From Myxococcota bacterium (GTDB lineage Bacteria; Myxococcota_A; UBA9160; PR03), in the NCBI GenBank assembly GCA_041611735.1, contig JBFIML010000004.1, positions 32,001 through 96,000 on the forward strand: a stretch of 64,000 nt of DNA, in the 5' to 3' direction. The notes under the pieces are model-generated. The model saw nothing but the letters and a program-made list of their open reading frames with translations. It made no database searches and was not told where the DNA came from. Position numbers and translations under genes: made by a program. Positions 1 through 9,220 of this stretch are shown here, one piece after another. The first letter of the stretch is position 1; the number at the start of each line of letters is the position of its first letter.

Positions 1-319
1 GCTGGAAGGCGTTCATGTGCAGCTGCATCTGGACGGCCTCCTCGTTGCTGAGGGGCCGCGGCGGGCTCATGATCTGGTTGACGAGGGGGCCGTGTCCGCT
101 TCCCTGCCGTTGCCGGGCCAGGCGCTCCATGTCCACGTCCACGGACCAATCCAGGTCCGTCGCGTTCCAGGTGGCGGCCTTTCCCTTCTCGTAGAGCTCG
201 AGCAGCTTCTGGCGCTTGAGCTCGTACTGCCAGTCGAACACCGCGTCGATGGTGGCGCGGACGCTCTGGAAGGGCCCGGTTTCGGGGATCGGGAGCGGGT
301 TGCGCTGCGCGTACTTCAT
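1..319 (-). CDS. Ferritin-like/AurF-type diiron protein, N-terminal part (runs off window start)
   Basis: Hand translation from ATG 319: MKYAQRNPLPIPETGPFQSVRATIDAVFDWQYELKRQKLLELYEKGKAATWNATDLDWSVDVD... The LYEKGK..W...DLDWS pattern is typical of ferritin-like diiron proteins. ATGA overlap with the TetR stop; GGAGAGGA RBS upstream. Confidence 0.65.
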   Translation of the reverse strand, partial: MKYAQRNPLPIPETGPFQSVRATIDAVFDWQYELKRQKLLELYEKGKAATWNATDLDWSVDVDMERLARQRQGSGHGPLVNQIMSPPRPLSNEEAVQMQLHMNAFQ

Positions 320-990
320 GAGTTCCTCTCCGTCGGGGTCGGGTCGTCGATCCCCAGATAGCCCAGGAAGCTGCGGGCCAGCTCTTCGGCGACTTCCGCG
401 TCGGAGAGCAGTTCTCCGCCGGCCCGGATCTCGCCGAACACGACCCGCGACAGCAGGGTCGCGAAGGCGATCGATACGCCCAGCTCGCCCGCACGCTTGG
501 GATGCGGGTGGCGGGTGCGATCGGGGCGGGTGAGCAGGAAGCTGGTGAGGCGCTGCGCGGCTTCCTGGCGGAAGCGCAGCGCCTCGCCCCGGAACTCCAC
601 GTCGTGGAGCGCCCGGGCCACGAAGGCTCGGATCAGGGCCTCGTGGGCGCGGAACACGCGCACCAGCTCCCCGGTGCAGGCACGAACGATGGCGGGAAGC
701 GGAGCGTCGCCCCAGCGTGTGGGCTCGGTGAGACGCCGGACGCGCAGCCACTGCTGCGCGAAGAAGCGCTCCTCGAGGGCACGCAGCAGCTCGTTCTTGT
801 CGCGGAAGCGGGCGTAGAAGCCGCCCACGGAGGAGCCGGCCCGGTCCACGATGTCCGGCACGGAGACCTCCGCAAGGCCGCGCTCCTCGATCAGCGCCTC
901 GGCCGCGTCGAGCAGGCGCTGGAGCGTGCGCTGGCTGCGCGCCTGCTTCGGGCGCGCGACGCTGGCCAGGACAGGGCGGGCTCGCGCCAC
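316..990 (-). CDS. TetR/AcrR family transcriptional regulator
   Basis: PKQARSQRTLQRLLDAAEALIEERGLAEVSVPDIVDRAGSSVGGFYARFRDKNELL HTH; GTG 990 with GAGGAG RBS. Confidence 0.92.
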   Translation of the reverse strand: MARARPVLASVARPKQARSQRTLQRLLDAAEALIEERGLAEVSVPDIVDRAGSSVGGFYARFRDKNELLRALEERFFAQQWLRVRRLTEPTRWGDAPLPAIVRACTGELVRVFRAHEALIRAFVARALHDVEFRGEALRFRQEAAQRLTSFLLTRPDRTRHPHPKRAGELGVSIAFATLLSRVVFGEIRAGGELLSDAEVAEELARSFLGYLGIDDPTPTERNS

Positions 991-1017
991 CCGGGTCTCC
1001 TCGAACCGAAGGGGAAG

Positions 1018-1065
1018 AGAATCCGATTCGGTTTCTTGTCTATCGCCGCGGACCCGCCGCGTCAA
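1018..1065 (-). promoter_or_regulatory. sigma70-type promoter of tetR operon plus palindromic operator
   Basis: Minus strand TTGACG (1065-1060), 17-nt spacer, TAGACA (1042-1037). Immediately downstream is the near-perfect palindrome AGAATCCGATTCGGTTTCT (1018-1036). Confidence 0.6.
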
Positions 1066-1140
1066 GCCCGCAACGGGGTTGCGCCTGGCTCCCGTGGGCT
1101 CGAACCTCCCGCCGCCGCCTGGCGCTACGAGGGAGGACCC

Positions 1141-1983
1141 GTGACGCCCACTGCCCCGCGCCGACCCCGGCGCCGCGCCGGTCGGCGTGGAACCCGGGCC
1201 CGACGCGCCGACAAGTACGACCTGTATCAGCGCGCCGTGCAGGACCCGCAGGGCGACGTGGCGCGCATCCGCCGCGCCTTCCTGCGGCGCTTCGGACGAC
1301 CGCCCCGGCTGCTGCGGGAGGACTTCTGCGGCAGCGCGGCCCTGGCCTGCGCCTGGGTGGCCGCGCACCGGGAGCACCGCGCCTTCGGCATCGACCTCGA
1401 CCCGGAGCCGCTCGCCTGGGCCCGGCGCCACAACGTGGGCGCGCTGCGTCCCGAACAGGCCGAGCGGGTCTGCCTGCTGCGAGGCGACGTGCTGCGCGTG
1501 CGCACGCCGCCGGCGGACGTGGTGGCCGCCTTCAACTTCTCCTTCTTCGGCTGGAAGACCCGCCCGGAGCTCGTGCGCTACTTCCGCTGCGTCCGCCGCC
1601 ATCTGCACCGGCGAGGCCTGTTCGTGCTCGACGCCTACGGCGGCCCCGAGGCCCAGGAGCGCCGCGAGGAGCGCCGGAGCGTGGACGGCTTCACCTACGT
1701 CTGGGACCAGGACCGCTTCGATCCGATCACCCACGAGACCACCTGCTTCATCCACTTCGAGTTCCGGGACGGGAGCCGCATGCGGCGCGCCTTCCGCTAC
1801 GACTGGCGCCTGTGGACGCTTCCCGAGCTGCGCGAGCTGCTGGAGGAGGCCGGCTTCGGCCGGGTCGAGGTCTACTGGGAGGGCACGGAGCGCCGCACCG
1901 GGGAGCCGAACGGCGTGTACCGGGTGTGCGAGCACGCGAACGACGATCCCGCCTGGGTCGCCTACCTGGCCGCCTCGCCCTAG
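1141..1983 (+). CDS. Class I SAM-dependent methyltransferase
   Basis: LREDFCGSAALA motif I, GIDLD, DVVAAFNFS, GLFVLD; GTG 1141 after GGAGG. Confidence 0.85.
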   Translation: MTPTAPRRPRRRAGRRGTRARRADKYDLYQRAVQDPQGDVARIRRAFLRRFGRPPRLLREDFCGSAALACAWVAAHREHRAFGIDLDPEPLAWARRHNVGALRPEQAERVCLLRGDVLRVRTPPADVVAAFNFSFFGWKTRPELVRYFRCVRRHLHRRGLFVLDAYGGPEAQERREERRSVDGFTYVWDQDRFDPITHETTCFIHFEFRDGSRMRRAFRYDWRLWTLPELRELLEEAGFGRVEVYWEGTERRTGEPNGVYRVCEHANDDPAWVAYLAASP

Positions 1984-2211
1984 GAGCCTGACCCCAGACC
2001 GGCGCGGGAAGGGCCGGGCGCCGAGACGCGCCGCGGCCGAGGCGCGCGACCGAGCCATAGCGACGCTAGGGCGCAGGGAGCGCAACGCGGGCAGCGGCCA
2101 TGGATCGGCGTCCGGACGTCGCGCCCAGTCTTGGTCAGGCTCCCAGATCCGGCAGGCGCCCTGCCATCAATTGCTAGCCTCGGGGTGGATGACCTCAGCC
2201 TCGAGGAGCGC

Positions 2212-2910
2212 ATGGCGACGAACGGGCAGCGGGGCGGCGCGTGGCGCGCGGGGAAGGCCTGCCGGCGGCTGGCGGCCGCCTGCACCGCCGTGGTGCTGGG
2301 AGCGGGCGCGGGAGCCTTCGAGCCTCCCGGCGGGACTCCGCTCGCCCCCCAGCTCTCGGTCCTCGTGCTGGATCGGGCGCTCCTGGCCGTGGCCGCCGAG
2401 GGAGGCGGCCAGCGCGAGGCGCGCCTGGAGCTGGGCGAGCAGGTGCTCTGGACCGGGAGCCGGGGACGCGTGGGGGTTGCGCTCACCGACCGCCGCGTGC
2501 TGGCCGTGACGAGCCGCTCGGCGGCCTGGCAGGACACGCGCTACCGCCGCTCGGAGCGGCCGCCCGCCGGGGCGGTGCTGGGCGACCGGGTGGCCCTGGT
2601 GCTCACCGGCAAGCGCGTGCTCGGCTTCGACGGCGGAAGCGGCAACCTGATCGAGGGCCGGCTCGGTCCCCGGGAGCGGGTGCTCGCCTACGACGTGGGC
2701 GAGAACGTGCTGGTGGTCGTCACCGACCGGCGCGCGCTCGGGCTGTCCCCGTTCCGCGGCGGGTTCTTCGAGACGCAGCTTCGCCTGGGCGAGTCCATCG
2801 AGAATCTGGCGGCGGAGTCGAGCCACGCCGTCCTGACCACCTCGCAGCGGCTGCTGGTGTTCCGGGGCCCCTTTGGCTCCTGGGAGGAGCGCCGCCTGGG
2901 CCTTCACTGA
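2212..2910 (+). CDS. Secreted hypothetical protein with four ~39-aa beta-rich repeats
   Basis: ATG 2212 after GAGGAG; signal-peptide-like N-terminus; repeats xLTDRRVLA / VLTGKRVLG / VVTDRRALG / LTTSQRLLV. Confidence 0.7.
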   Translation: MATNGQRGGAWRAGKACRRLAAACTAVVLGAGAGAFEPPGGTPLAPQLSVLVLDRALLAVAAEGGGQREARLELGEQVLWTGSRGRVGVALTDRRVLAVTSRSAAWQDTRYRRSERPPAGAVLGDRVALVLTGKRVLGFDGGSGNLIEGRLGPRERVLAYDVGENVLVVVTDRRALGLSPFRGGFFETQLRLGESIENLAAESSHAVLTTSQRLLVFRGPFGSWEERRLGLH

Positions 2911-2916
2911 GTCCGG

Positions 2917-3177
2917 TCACGGCACCCGCGTGCGCAGACGGTCGATGGCGTGCACGGGGGCCGCATCGCCCCGCATGAGGGGCGCGATCGCACCATACAC
3001 CGACTGATGTTGCTCGAGGCGCGAGCGCCCGCGGAACGCCTCGGCCTCCACCTCCAGCTCGAAGTGGCCCGGCGCGGTGGGCGTCACGCGGACGCGGGCG
3101 CCGGGCAGGGCCGCCTCGATGGCGTCCCGCAGGCGCTCCGCCAGCTGCGGATCGGGGTCGAGGATGCGCAGCGACAC
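2917..3177 (-). CDS. BolA/IbaG family protein
   Basis: GHFELEVEAEAFRGRSRLEQHQSVYGAI...VHAI BolA signature. Confidence 0.88.
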   Translation of the reverse strand: MSLRILDPDPQLAERLRDAIEAALPGARVRVTPTAPGHFELEVEAEAFRGRSRLEQHQSVYGAIAPLMRGDAAPVHAIDRLRTRVP

Positions 3178-3182
3178 GGGTC

Positions 3183-3476
3183 TCAGCCCTCGCGATACGT
3201 GGTGTGCCGGGGACGCGCCTCGAGCACGTGCTCCAGGCCCCAGCTCGTCACCTTGCGGAACGCCTCCGACCGCACGAAGCGTTCGAAGGTTGCCTCCTCG
3301 CTCCAGCGCGAGACGATCAGATACTCGTGGTCCGCCGCGCCGTCCACCCGACGATAGAGTCGGGATTCCGCGTGGCCGTCGGTCTCGTCCATCAGCTCGA
3401 GGACGCGCTGGCAGGCGGCCTCGAAGACGCTCTCCTGTCCGGGCCGGACCACGTAGTTCATCCCGATCGTGACCAC
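3183..3476 (-). CDS. Antibiotic biosynthesis monooxygenase (ABM) family protein
   Basis: 97 aa; VVRPGQESVFE...SRLYR...EYLIVSRWSEEATFERFVRSEAF. Confidence 0.85.
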   Translation of the reverse strand: MVTIGMNYVVRPGQESVFEAACQRVLELMDETDGHAESRLYRRVDGAADHEYLIVSRWSEEATFERFVRSEAFRKVTSWGLEHVLEARPRHTTYREG

Positions 3477-3516
3477 GGGCGGGCAGCATAGCCGCCGCCC
3501 CGGGAGCCCGGCAGCG

Positions 3517-3828
3517 TCAGGTCCCCCGCCGCTGACCGATCAGATACGTGGCGCCATCGGGCCCGGCCTGGGCGGCGTGCAGCGTGCCTCGGGGCAGCAT
3601 CAGGCGGTCGCCGGGACCGAGCGGGTAGTCGTCCCCGGCGATGCGCAGCACGATGTGACCCCGCAGCACCCAGAGGCTCTCGTCGTGGGGATGGGTGTGG
3701 AGCTCGTAGCAGCGATCCGACGGATCGCGCCAGGTGGAGACCTCGAAACCCTCGGACTCGAGCTGACGCCGCAACGTCGGCTCGCCGGGATCGTGGTCGC
3801 CGTGCCAGCGGATGTGCTGGAGATCCAT
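3517..3828 (-). CDS. Cupin domain protein
   Basis: HTHPHDESLWVLRG...LGPGDRLMLPRGTLH cupin motifs; ATG 3828. Confidence 0.88.
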   Translation of the reverse strand: MDLQHIRWHGDHDPGEPTLRRQLESEGFEVSTWRDPSDRCYELHTHPHDESLWVLRGHIVLRIAGDDYPLGPGDRLMLPRGTLHAAQAGPDGATYLIGQRRGT

Positions 3829-3953
3829 GGGGGGCCCTCCGACGGCCCGCTTGCGCGGGTCAGGGTAGACTCCAAGCATACCCGAGCTGGAGCGATGCCG
3901 GGTACCGGCTCTCGAGACGGAGGAATCCCGCCACGCCTGCCCCGCGATCTCCC

Positions 3954-4742
3954 GTGACGGCCCCGTTGGCGAGAGCCCTCACCGTCGCGGGCTCCGACTC
4001 CGGGGGCGGCGCCGGCATCCAGGCCGACCTGAAGACCTTCCACCGCTTCGGGGTCTACGGCACCTGCGCCGTCACGCTGGTGACGGTGCAGAACACGCGC
4101 GGCGTGCAGGAGGTCATGCTGCTCGGGCCGGATCTCGTCGCCGCCCAGATCGCCGCCGTGGCCGAGGACATCGGCCTCGACGCCGCCAAGACCGGCGCCC
4201 TCGGCTCCGCCGCCATCGTGGAGGCGGTGGCCGGGGCGGTGGAGCGCCACGCGGTGCGCCCCCTGGTCGTGGATCCGGTCATGATCTCGAAGCACGGCGC
4301 CCGGCTGCTGGACGCAGACGCCGTCCGGGCCCTGCGGGAGCGCCTGCTGCCCCGGGCCACCCTGCTCACACCGAACCTGGCGGAGGCGGCGGCCCTGCTC
4401 GACGCCCGCGTGGAGAACGAGCGCGAAATGGCGGAGGCCGCGCGCGCCCTGCGCTCGCTGGGACCCCAGGCGGTGCTGATCAAGGGCGGCCACCTGCCGG
4501 GGCCGGAGGCCGTGGACCTGCTCTGGGACGGTCGGGAGCAGCTGCGTCTGGCGGCGCCGAAGATCGATACCCCGCACACCCACGGTACCGGTTGCACCTA
4601 CTCGGCGGCCATCACGGCCCGCCTCGCCCTGGGCGACGACCTGCCGCGTGCGGTGCGCGCCGCGCGCGAGTTCGTGACCCGCGCCATCCAGCGCGCCCCG
4701 AAGCTGGGCGGCGGCCGGGGTCCGGTGGACCACTGGGCCTGA
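3954..4742 (+). CDS. thiD: Hydroxymethylpyrimidine/phosphomethylpyrimidine kinase
   Basis: [53 protein letters not shown]. Confidence 0.96.
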   Translation: MTAPLARALTVAGSDSGGGAGIQADLKTFHRFGVYGTCAVTLVTVQNTRGVQEVMLLGPDLVAAQIAAVAEDIGLDAAKTGALGSAAIVEAVAGAVERHAVRPLVVDPVMISKHGARLLDADAVRALRERLLPRATLLTPNLAEAAALLDARVENEREMAEAARALRSLGPQAVLIKGGHLPGPEAVDLLWDGREQLRLAAPKIDTPHTHGTGCTYSAAITARLALGDDLPRAVRAAREFVTRAIQRAPKLGGGRGPVDHWA

Positions 4743-4846
4743 GGGCCGGGCCTGCGGGAAGCGGCCGTCAACGCGGCGATCCGGCCCACCCGTTCTCGCG
4801 CAGCCCAGGGGTTCAGATCGGGCCCGGGCGGGACGATGAGGCCCCC

Positions 4847-5428
4847 ATGGACGGCCTACGCCACCGCCAGGGGTTCACCCTGATCGAGCTCATGATCGTG
4901 GTCGCCATCATCGGCATGCTGGCGGCGATCGCGATCCCGAGCTTCCTGCGCTTCCAGCTGCGCTCCAAGGCGGCGGAGGGCAAGACGAACCTCGCCACCA
5001 TCGCGCGCAGCCAGGAGAGCTACTACGCCGCCAGCGGGACCTACCTCAACGTGACCACCCCCGTGCCGGGAATCGTGCCGCCGCCCGGCAGGACCCCCTG
5101 GCCCGCGGGCACGGCGTTCGACGTCCTCGGCTGGGAGCCCGAGGGCGAGGTCTACTTCATCTATCTGGCGAGCGCGGACAATGGGGGCGGCCCCGGCATG
5201 GCGCTGGTGCGCTTCACGGCGGAGGCCGCCTCGGACATCGACGGCGACGCGATCGTGAACTTCTGGGGCTTCGTGAAGCCCTTCCCGGGCGCGGCGGCGG
5301 GCATCGCCGGCATGATCGCCGGCTCCACCTGCCAGGCCACCGGCGTCTGGGAACCGAAGCGCGCCGCGGCCGACCTCCTGGAGACGGTCGGCCCCTGCGA
5401 TGCGAACTCTGCCGGGCGGGTGTTCTAG
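4847..5428 (+). CDS. Type IVa pilin (PilA-like)
   Basis: Prepilin site QG|FTLIELMIVVAIIGMLAAIAIPSFLRFQLRSK..EGKTNL resembles myxobacterial PilA; C-terminal Cys pair. Confidence 0.9.
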   Translation: MDGLRHRQGFTLIELMIVVAIIGMLAAIAIPSFLRFQLRSKAAEGKTNLATIARSQESYYAASGTYLNVTTPVPGIVPPPGRTPWPAGTAFDVLGWEPEGEVYFIYLASADNGGGPGMALVRFTAEAASDIDGDAIVNFWGFVKPFPGAAAGIAGMIAGSTCQATGVWEPKRAAADLLETVGPCDANSAGRVF

Positions 5429-6612
5429 GCGGCGATCCCCGGACCCGGCGCGGCGTCCGCGCCCGCGCGCAGCACGAGCTCCGTCAGCTCGGCGGGCGCC
5501 AGCAGGCGCATGGGCGGCCCCCAGAAGCCGGTGCCCCGACTCACGTAGAGGGCGCTCCCGCCGAGCCGGTGGAGCCCCGCCACCCAGCGCACCGCGAGCC
5601 GCACCACGCCGTGGAAGGGCCAGATCTGCCCGCCGTGGGTGTGACCCGAGATCTGGAGGTCCACGCCGGCGGCGGCCGCCTTTCGGAAGCCCGTCGGATC
5701 GTGGGCCAGCAGCACGAGCGGCCGGCGCGGGTCGCGCCCCGCCAGGGCCCGGGTCAGATCCTCGCCCTGGCCCTCCGCCACCAGGCTGCCGTGGCGGTCG
5801 TCCACCCCCGCCAGCTCGAAGGCGGCCTCCCCGTGGCGGATCGTCACGCGCTCGTTGCGAAGCACGCGCCAGCCGAAGGCCCGGAGGTGCTCCACCCACT
5901 CGTCGACGCCCGAGTAGAAGTCGTGGTTCCCGGTCACGAAGAAGACCCCGTGGCGCGCCCGAAGGCCGGTCAGGGGCTCGACCTCGGCACCCACGCGCTG
6001 CACGCTGCCGTCCACCAGGTCCCCGGTCACCACCACGAGGTCCGGCGCGAGGGCGTTCACGCGCTCGACCAGGTCGGCGGCAAAACGACGCTCGAGGATC
6101 GGGCCGAGATGCAGGTCGCTGAGCTGGACCAGACGCAGCCCGTCCAGGGCCTGCGGCCAGCGCGGCAGCTCGATCTCCACGCGCCGTCGCGCCGGCGGCG
6201 CGAGCCCGGACCGCAGGGCCACCGCGCTCGCCCCCGCCACGACGCCGGCCACGGCCAGGGCGCGCATCCGCAGCAGCGGCTCCGGCTCGCCGCCGGGCGA
6301 CGCCGCGCCGAGCAGCCAGAGCAGGGCGTCGGAGGCCGCCGTGGCCGAGACCAGGAGGAAGGCCACGCCGAGCCAGATGCCGGCGGTCCAGCCCCAGGGA
6401 CGCCGCCAGCGCTGCGGAACCCGACCCCGGGCGAAGGGGTACAGGAAGAGCATCCCGAAGGCCGCCACCAGGACCACCAGCAGGCCCCGGCGCAGGGGCT
6501 CCGGCCAGCCGGGCTGCAGGGCGAGGCGGTCGATCAGGTAGACGTGACCACCGATCGCCGCGGTCAGGATGGCGGTCAGGAAGACGAGGCCGGCCAGGGT
6601 GCGCCTCCGCAT
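5425..6612 (-). CDS. Membrane-anchored metallophosphoesterase (YkuE-like)
   Basis: N-terminal TM helices; SDLH, TGDLVD, GNHD, AH, SGHTHGGQ motifs. Confidence 0.92.
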   Translation of the reverse strand: MRRRTLAGLVFLTAILTAAIGGHVYLIDRLALQPGWPEPLRRGLLVVLVAAFGMLFLYPFARGRVPQRWRRPWGWTAGIWLGVAFLLVSATAASDALLWLLGAASPGGEPEPLLRMRALAVAGVVAGASAVALRSGLAPPARRRVEIELPRWPQALDGLRLVQLSDLHLGPILERRFAADLVERVNALAPDLVVVTGDLVDGSVQRVGAEVEPLTGLRARHGVFFVTGNHDFYSGVDEWVEHLRAFGWRVLRNERVTIRHGEAAFELAGVDDRHGSLVAEGQGEDLTRALAGRDPRRPLVLLAHDPTGFRKAAAAGVDLQISGHTHGGQIWPFHGVVRLAVRWVAGLHRLGGSALYVSRGTGFWGPPMRLLAPAELTELVLRAGADAAPGPGIAA

Positions 6613-6673
6613 GCCTGCAATCTAGCGAATCGGGGTCCGACCCCCGAACCACTGGCGCGCGCCGCGACCCGCG

Positions 6674-7654
6674 CTACCAGCCCCGAAGGTCCACGGGCCA
6701 CGTCTCCAGCACCCGCTCGCCCTCCACCACGTGGATCCGCTCGTGGTAGGCCACGGTCGGATCCACGTGCGCGGGCCAGACGCGGATCCGCTCCCCGACC
6801 CGCAGCGGGCGCTCGGGCACCAGGGTCAGGTGCTCGTCGGAGCAGAACAGCACGCGGGCGCCTTCGACGCCCGGGTTGCCGTGGTCCATGCCGAGCGCCT
6901 TGAGCCCGCAGTCGGCTACCGCCCAGCGGGCCGAGACCGAGATCACCGTGGCGAGGACGCTGAGCGCCGGCCGGAACGGCAGCCCGAGTCGGGCATAGGC
7001 GCAGTCCATCAGCGCGTAGGAGCCGGCCTGGATCTCGGTGGCCGCGTGGTTCACGTCGTAGCTGCCGGTGCCTCCCGCCGAGACCACCTCGCCGCCCACG
7101 TGGGCGTGGGCGGCCGCCAGGCGCTCCATGGCCTCCGCCACCAGGCGGCGCCGCTCGACCCGCTCCGGCACCAGCATGACGTGGCCCTCGTAGCCCATCA
7201 CGCCGCGCACGCGGAGGCCGCGCCGGCGCGCGGCGTCGGCCAGGGCACCGGCCTGCTCGGGGGCGCAGCCGCAGCGCGGCAGGCCCACGTTCACGTCGAT
7301 CAGCACCTCGCGCACGCCGCCGGCCGCGGCCGCTTCCACGGTTTCGTTGGAGTCCACGGCCACGGTGACGCGGGCGGCGAGGCGGCCGAGCCGTCGGGCA
7401 TCGAGCACCTCGTTGGCGAGCAGCAGGTCGTCCCCCAGGCCCGCCTGGGCCAGGCCCTCCATCTCGCGGATCGTGGCGCAGGTGAAGCCGGCGTGGCCCC
7501 GCCGGGCCTGGTGCCGGGCCAGGGAGGTGCACTTGTGGGCCTTCACGTGGGGTCGCAGGCGCGGACCGGGCAGGGCCTCGGCCATGCGGGCCAGGTTGTG
7601 CTCCAGGGCCGCCGCATCGACCAGGAGCGCCGGGGTGACGAGGTCGTGGAGCAA
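6674..7654 (-). CDS. Fold-type III PLP enzyme (DSD1/D-threonine aldolase/alanine racemase family)
   Basis: TPALLVD, LRPHVKAHK (PLP Lys), GYEGH, SAGGTG, EIQAGSY, SDEH, PAHVDPT. Start TTG 7654 favoured by a -10 element; ATG 7684 is the alternative. Confidence 0.88.
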   Translation of the reverse strand: MLHDLVTPALLVDAAALEHNLARMAEALPGPRLRPHVKAHKCTSLARHQARRGHAGFTCATIREMEGLAQAGLGDDLLLANEVLDARRLGRLAARVTVAVDSNETVEAAAAGGVREVLIDVNVGLPRCGCAPEQAGALADAARRRGLRVRGVMGYEGHVMLVPERVERRRLVAEAMERLAAAHAHVGGEVVSAGGTGSYDVNHAATEIQAGSYALMDCAYARLGLPFRPALSVLATVISVSARWAVADCGLKALGMDHGNPGVEGARVLFCSDEHLTLVPERPLRVGERIRVWPAHVDPTVAYHERIHVVEGERVLETWPVDLRGW

Positions 7655-7663
7655 CGGCGGGCG

Positions 7664-7673
7664 ATGGTAGGCT
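7664..7673. promoter_or_regulatory. Overlapping divergent -10 elements (bidirectional promoter)
   Basis: Plus TAGGCT (7668-7673, with upstream TG) and minus TACCAT (7669-7664). Each is followed by exactly 9 nt and an in-frame start codon. Confidence 0.5.
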
Positions 7674-7682
7674 GCCCGCGTC

Positions 7683-8396
7683 ATGGTCGCCCTCGAGCTG
7701 GCCGGCGCGACGAAGCGCTACGGGCGGCACACCGCCCTGGAGGATCTGCACCTGGTGGTGCCGGCCGGTGCCGCCGTGGGCCTGCTCGGTCCGAACGGCG
7801 CCGGCAAGACCACGGCGCTGCGTCTGCTGCTGGGCTTCGCGCGTCCCACGCGCGGCGCCGCGCGCCTGGGCGGCCACGACCCCTACGACCCGCGGGCACG
7901 CCAGGGCGTCGGGTACCTGCCGGAGCGGCTGAACCTGCCGGCCTCCATGTCGCTGCGCGGCTTCCTTCGCCTGCACGCGGCCCTGGCCGGCCTGGCGGGC
8001 GACGCCCGGACCCGCGCCGTGGAGGCCGCCCTCGAGACCACGGGAATCCGGGAGCGGGCCGGGGAGGCGCTCGGCGGCCTCTCCCGCGGCCTCGGGCAGC
8101 GGGTGGGCTTCGCCCAGGCCCTGCTGGGCGAGCCGCAGCTCCTGCTGCTCGACGAGCCCACCACCGGCCTCGATCCGCTGGGCGTGCGGGACGCCCGCGA
8201 CTGGATCGCCCGCGCCCGCGCCCGGGGCGCCACGCTGCTGATCAGCTCCCACGTGCTCTCGGAGGTCGAACGGACCTGCGATCACGTGGCGATCCTGCAC
8301 CAGGGTCGCCTGGTGGCGAGCGGCCCCCTCGACGCGGTGGTGCGCCCCGGCGAGAGCCTGGAGGACGCCTTCGTGCGCCTGGTCTCCCCTCCGTGA
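7683..8396 (+). CDS. ABC transporter ATP-binding protein
   Basis: GPNGAGKT Walker A, LSRGLGQR signature, LLLDEPT Walker B, SSH switch. Confidence 0.95.
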   Translation: MVALELAGATKRYGRHTALEDLHLVVPAGAAVGLLGPNGAGKTTALRLLLGFARPTRGAARLGGHDPYDPRARQGVGYLPERLNLPASMSLRGFLRLHAALAGLAGDARTRAVEAALETTGIRERAGEALGGLSRGLGQRVGFAQALLGEPQLLLLDEPTTGLDPLGVRDARDWIARARARGATLLISSHVLSEVERTCDHVAILHQGRLVASGPLDAVVRPGESLEDAFVRLVSPP

Positions 8397-8413
8397 GCGT
8401 GCGATGGAGACAC

Positions 8414-9205
8414 ATGCTGGCTCCGCTGGCCGCCGAGGCGCTGCGCGACGCCCTGCGCCGGCGCCTCGCCCTGGTGGTGGCGGGCGTGGCCCTGCTCGGC
8501 GTCGCGAGCGCGGAGAGCTGCACCGCCTTCGGGCCCGGCACCTGGGTGGTGGACGGGCAGTCGGTGGACCCCGAGCTCGTGGCAGCGTGGCTGGCGCCCC
8601 TCCTGTTCGGCTTCGAGATCCTGCTCTTCGTGGTGCTGGCGGGGCTGCTGGCTGCGGACCACCTGGCGCGGCCCCTGGCCGAGGGGAGCGCGCTGCTGTG
8701 GTTGGCGCGGCCGGTGGGCCGCGGCGCCTATGCCCTGGCCCGCCTGGCCGGTGCGCTGGGCGTGGCCTACGCGGCGGGAGCGGTGCTGCTCGGGGGCACG
8801 GCGGTGCTCCTGGTGGGACGCCATGACCTGGCCGCCGGCCCGGCCGTGGTGGGCGCCCTGGCCGGGGCGCTCGGCGCCGCCGGCGTGGCCGGCCTGGCCA
8901 TGAGCGCCTCGCTGTGGCTCGGACGCGTGGCTGTGGTGACGCTGGTGGGCACGCTGGTGCCGTTGGTGGCGCTGATCAACACCCTGCGGGCGGCGGGGGC
9001 GCGCCTCGACGGCTTCCTCGGCCTGCTGGATCGGGGGGCCCCTCCCCTGGGCCGGGCGATCCTGGCGGCGGTGGCGCCCTGGAATCCCCACGTGTCCGAC
9101 CTGGGCGCCGAAGCTCCCCGCCTGCTGGCCGTGCTCGCCGCCTGGGCCCTGGCGGGCGGTGCGCTGCTGGTGCTGAGCTTCCGGCGCGTGGAGCTGCCGC
9201 GTTAG
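8414..9205 (+). CDS. ABC-2 type permease
   Basis: About 6 hydrophobic segments; EGSALLWLARPVGRGAYALARLAG typical of ABC-2 permeases; FRRVEL C-terminus; GGAG RBS. Confidence 0.82.
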   Translation: MLAPLAAEALRDALRRRLALVVAGVALLGVASAESCTAFGPGTWVVDGQSVDPELVAAWLAPLLFGFEILLFVVLAGLLAADHLARPLAEGSALLWLARPVGRGAYALARLAGALGVAYAAGAVLLGGTAVLLVGRHDLAAGPAVVGALAGALGAAGVAGLAMSASLWLGRVAVVTLVGTLVPLVALINTLRAAGARLDGFLGLLDRGAPPLGRAILAAVAPWNPHVSDLGAEAPRLLAVLAAWALAGGALLVLSFRRVELPR

Positions 9206-9220
9206 GAGCCGCGGCCCGGG

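Noticed and set aside
2150-2176. sigma-54-like sequence (TGGCAGGGCGCCTGC on minus; TTGCT on plus)
   Set aside because: The plus-strand candidate lacks the -24 GG. The minus-strand candidate has a weak -12 and points at no credible gene.
3830-3953. TPP riboswitch upstream of thiD
   Set aside because: The conserved CUGAGA...CCUGA...AUGC..GCG.AGG core was not found.
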